From positions 106,605,811-106,669,810 of the forward strand of contig NC_052162.1 in assembly GCF_902713615.1 (NCBI RefSeq): a stretch of 64,000 bases of DNA, read 5' to 3'. This document shows positions 60,950 to 64,000 of this stretch, in pieces. Position 1 is the stretch's first letter. Each line of letters starts with the position of its first letter. The notes beneath the pieces were generated by a model. The model saw nothing but the letters and a program-made list of their open reading frames with translations. It ran no database searches and had not been told where the DNA came from. Origin of the DNA: Scyliorhinus canicula. Its lineage: Eukaryota. A program made the translations under genes and the position numbers.

Positions 60950-62830
60950 ACAATAATTTGTATTTATATCGTACCTTTAAAATAATAATACTTTCCAAGT
61001 CATTTCACAGAAAAGTTACAAAGTAACATTTGACACTGAGCATTAGGGGATATTAGACAGATGGCCAAAGGCCTGGTAGAAAAGTGATTTTTTTTTTTTT
61101 ATAAATGTTTTTTTATTGGGGTTTTGAACAAGGTATAATTACCGTTATGTACACAGGATAAGAAACATATATAAATATATATATATACATATACAGAAGA
61201 GAAGGGCACACCCAAACATACCAAAGAGAAGAAAATAGTACATAGTAAAAACAAAATACAATAAAAAGTGAAATAGAATAACTGGTCGGGTATTGTGCAC
61301 CAGCTCGACAGCGGCAGCTCTGTACACCTGGCAAAATTATTTACAACACATCAGCAGGTGACTGTTTGCGGGGGTGGGGGTGGGGGGGGGGGGGGGGGGG
61401 GGGGGGGATTGGGGAGGCAAATATATATTTGAGTGCCGGGGAGATTATTACAGTATGCGATACTTGGCTGTGTTTCGTGTTGTTGTCGCCTGCTTCTCCC
61501 GGACGGATCTCGCTGCCGTCTCACGCTCGCCTCTGCTTCTGCTGCTCCCCCGTCCTCCGTCTTTATTTTCCTCGTTCCCCGCTCCTGGAGATGCCATGCA
61601 CATTTTGGTATCCTGTGCCTTCCTTCCGGCTCCCATTTCCTGGCCCCCCCACCTCGCTGGTTCTCCTCTCTTGTTCCCCCCCCCTCTACGGTTCGTCTTT
61701 CTTTCCTCAGGTTTAGCTGTCTCCCCCCACCCCCCGTGGTTCACCTTTCTTTCCTCAGGTTTAGCTGTTCCCCCCCGTCTATCTCTCCCTTTCATACCTT
61801 GGCTACTTTCTCCTGATTCTTGACTACTTTCCCCTGATTCTTGGCTACCTGGCTATTCTTCCTCTTGTTCGTTGGCCACAAACAGGTCCCGGAACAGTCG
61901 CGTGAATGGCTCCCACATTCTGTGGAAGCCGCCGTCTGACCCTCGGATGGCGAATTTGATTTTCTCCATTTGGAGAGATTCCGAGAGGTCGGACAGCCAG
62001 TCTGCAGCTCTGGGTGGTGCTGCTGACCTCCAGCCAAACAGGATTCTACGGCGGGCAATCAGGGAGCCAAAGGCAAGGGCGTCCGCCCTCCTCCCCACCA
62101 CTTTGGACATTGCCTCAAAGAAGGCTGTTCAGTACTCCATAAGTCTGGGGCAAACCAGAGAAAAGTGATTTTAAGGGAATATTAATGGAGGAAAGTGAGG
62201 TGGAGAGGTTTAACGAGGATATTCCAGAGATTGTGGCTCAGGCGAATGAAATGATGATCATCAATGGTGGAGGAATTAAAATCAGAAATGTTCAAGGGTC
62301 CGGAATTACATAAATGTCAATACCTCGGTGGGTGTATGGCTGGAAAGCTAGGGCTGGTCATGACCATGGAGAAAAACAAGAATGAGAATTGTATGATTTT
62401 GTTGCTTTTCAACCTTAAGCCTTTGTAGGTCAGGGAGCATAGGGGTGAAGAAGACTTGTTGCGAGTAAGCACACAGGCAGCAGAGTTTTGGATGACTTCA
62501 AAAGTACATAGAGGTTGAATGTGAGGATGGCCGGGAGTGTTTTAGGGCAGTTAAGTCTGAAATAAACAAAGGAACGGATGAGTGTTTCAGCAGCAGATGA
62601 GCTGCGAGTAGGGTAGAGTCTGACCATGCTATTGATGGTGATGATATGGGTATGTGGTTGGAAGCTCATCCCTTGGTCGAATATGATCCCTACGTTTTGT
62701 GCAGTTTCGGTCAATCTCAGAGTTACCAGGGAGAGAGATGGAAAGTGTCATTTGTAGCAGGGTCTGAAGACAGCTTCAGTGTTCTTAATATTTAAATAGG
62801 AGTAATTTCAACTTATCCAGTAATGGATAT
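60950..62830 (-). mobile_element. L2-like 3' end interrupted by an L1-like insertion (~61092-62158)
   Basis: L1 ORF2 end nearly identical to the 41.7-42.0 kb copy; 14-bp TSD AGAAAAGTGATTTT. Confidence 0.8.
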
Positions 62831-63189
62831 CAGACAAGTCAGGTTGGTGTGTGACTTGGAAGGGAATTTGGAGGAGACACCTGCTACCAGGTCCTTCAAG
62901 CTGGTGGAGGCTGAGAGTTTTGGAGATTCTGCCAAAGTTCTTGTTACGTTGTGGATATGTGAAATCTGTCCCCACCCCCCCCCCGCCCCCCCGCCCCCCC
63001 GCCCCCCCCCCCCCCGCCACTGCTAGTTCTCTCTCTTGCTCTCTCTCTCTGTCTCTGTATTTGCTCTAAGAGTCATAGACCCATTCAGTCTACATTGAGA
63101 AAACTACAATAAATCTACACCAATCCCACTTTCCCGCACTTGTCCCATAGCCTTGAATGTTATGACATTTTATGTGCTCCTGCACAAAA

Positions 63190-64000
63190 ATTTTTATTTT
63201 TTAAAAAACAATTTTATTGAGGTACTTTAGGCATATAGAAAAAGTGACATTGAACAGAACAAAAAAAAGAGACACAAATTAAACATAGTGCAAATCACGG
63301 CTCTGTTCACGCATGGGCCAGCCTCAATATCCCCCTACTCTACTCTCCCTGAGCCCCTCCCCGGCTGACGTTTACTCCTCTGCGAAGAAGTCAATAAATG
63401 GCTGCCACCTTCTGGCGAACCCTAATAGTGAACCTCTCAAGGTGAACTTGACTTTCTCTAGGCCAAGAAAGCTCGCCATGTCCGAAAGCCATACCTCAGC
63501 TGTTAAGTAATGGGTTAAGAGACATTGCAATTAGTTGTCTCATTTATGTTAAGTGTTCAATGATTGACACTGATATGTAAAGAGGCTTCAGGTGGACTCT
63601 GGATCTGGTGATGTGATGATTGAGTTTAGTGCAGAGTCTGTTAAAGTGAAATAAAGGTGTTTGTGAAAAGGAGCTGGACTTTTGTCTCTTCATACCACAG
63701 CATCGATTACATCTAACATCAGTCCTTGGGGGCTTTGAGTCCCTCCATGCTAACAGTATTCGTGCCGGGCTACCTGGGAAGCAAAGGCCAGAACGTCAGC
63801 CTCTCTCTCTTCCTGGACTCCCGGGTCCTCCGAAACCCCAAAGATTGCCACCTCAGGGCTCATTACCACCCCAGTTTTCAAAACCTGGGACATGACATCT
63901 GCGAATCCCTGCCAATACCCCCTGAGTTTAGGGCAGGACCAGAACATGTGTACATGGTTAGCCGGCCCTCCGGCGCATCTAGCACACTTGTCCTCCAGCC
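63190..64000 (-). mobile_element. L1/Tx1-like LINE 3' part (continues beyond the window)
   Basis: MFWSCPKLRGYWQGFADVMS; same family as 3188-4250. Confidence 0.85.
63501..63718 (+). mobile_element. Short solo LTR inserted in L1
   Basis: TGTTA...TAACA ends, AATAAA; 5-bp TSD TCAGC/TCAGT. Confidence 0.8.

Noticed and set aside
60188-63020. Poly-G/poly-C tracts as G-quadruplex elements
   Set aside because: Homopolymer tracts are common throughout the window, mostly inside repeats, and are length-unreliable
1-64000. CRISPR array, prokaryotic operon or intact autonomous transposon
   Set aside because: No repeat-spacer array; the sequence is vertebrate; all TE ORFs are truncated or interrupted

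Overview
Eukaryotic, repeat-dense DNA from a cartilaginous fish. It is most likely a catshark-type shark, inferred from HE1-like V-SINEs, CR1/HER1-like LINEs and the zinc-finger style. The window is part of a tandem C2H2 zinc-finger gene cluster. It has two apparently intact minus-strand finger-only genes (8 fingers at 13.0-13.7 kb; 14 fingers at 44.0-45.2 kb), three decayed ZNF remnants, and five related CpG-rich promoter/first-exon modules. At least 6-7 degenerate tRNA genes (Glu, Val, Asn) are interspersed in duplicated blocks. Most remaining DNA is nested transposable elements: CR1, L1-like, Rex1/Babar, L2, Penelope-like, Gypsy/ERV LTRs, a hAT MITE and several SINE families. Most notable are Penelope-derived minimal hammerhead-ribozyme motifs (one palindromic, two-strand copy sits inside a ZNF promoter), a repeated decayed N-terminal module in the ZNF 5' exons, a two-template inverted insertion, and a probable L1 3' transduction. 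All calls were made by eye; element boundaries are approximate unless a target-site duplication (TSD) is quoted.
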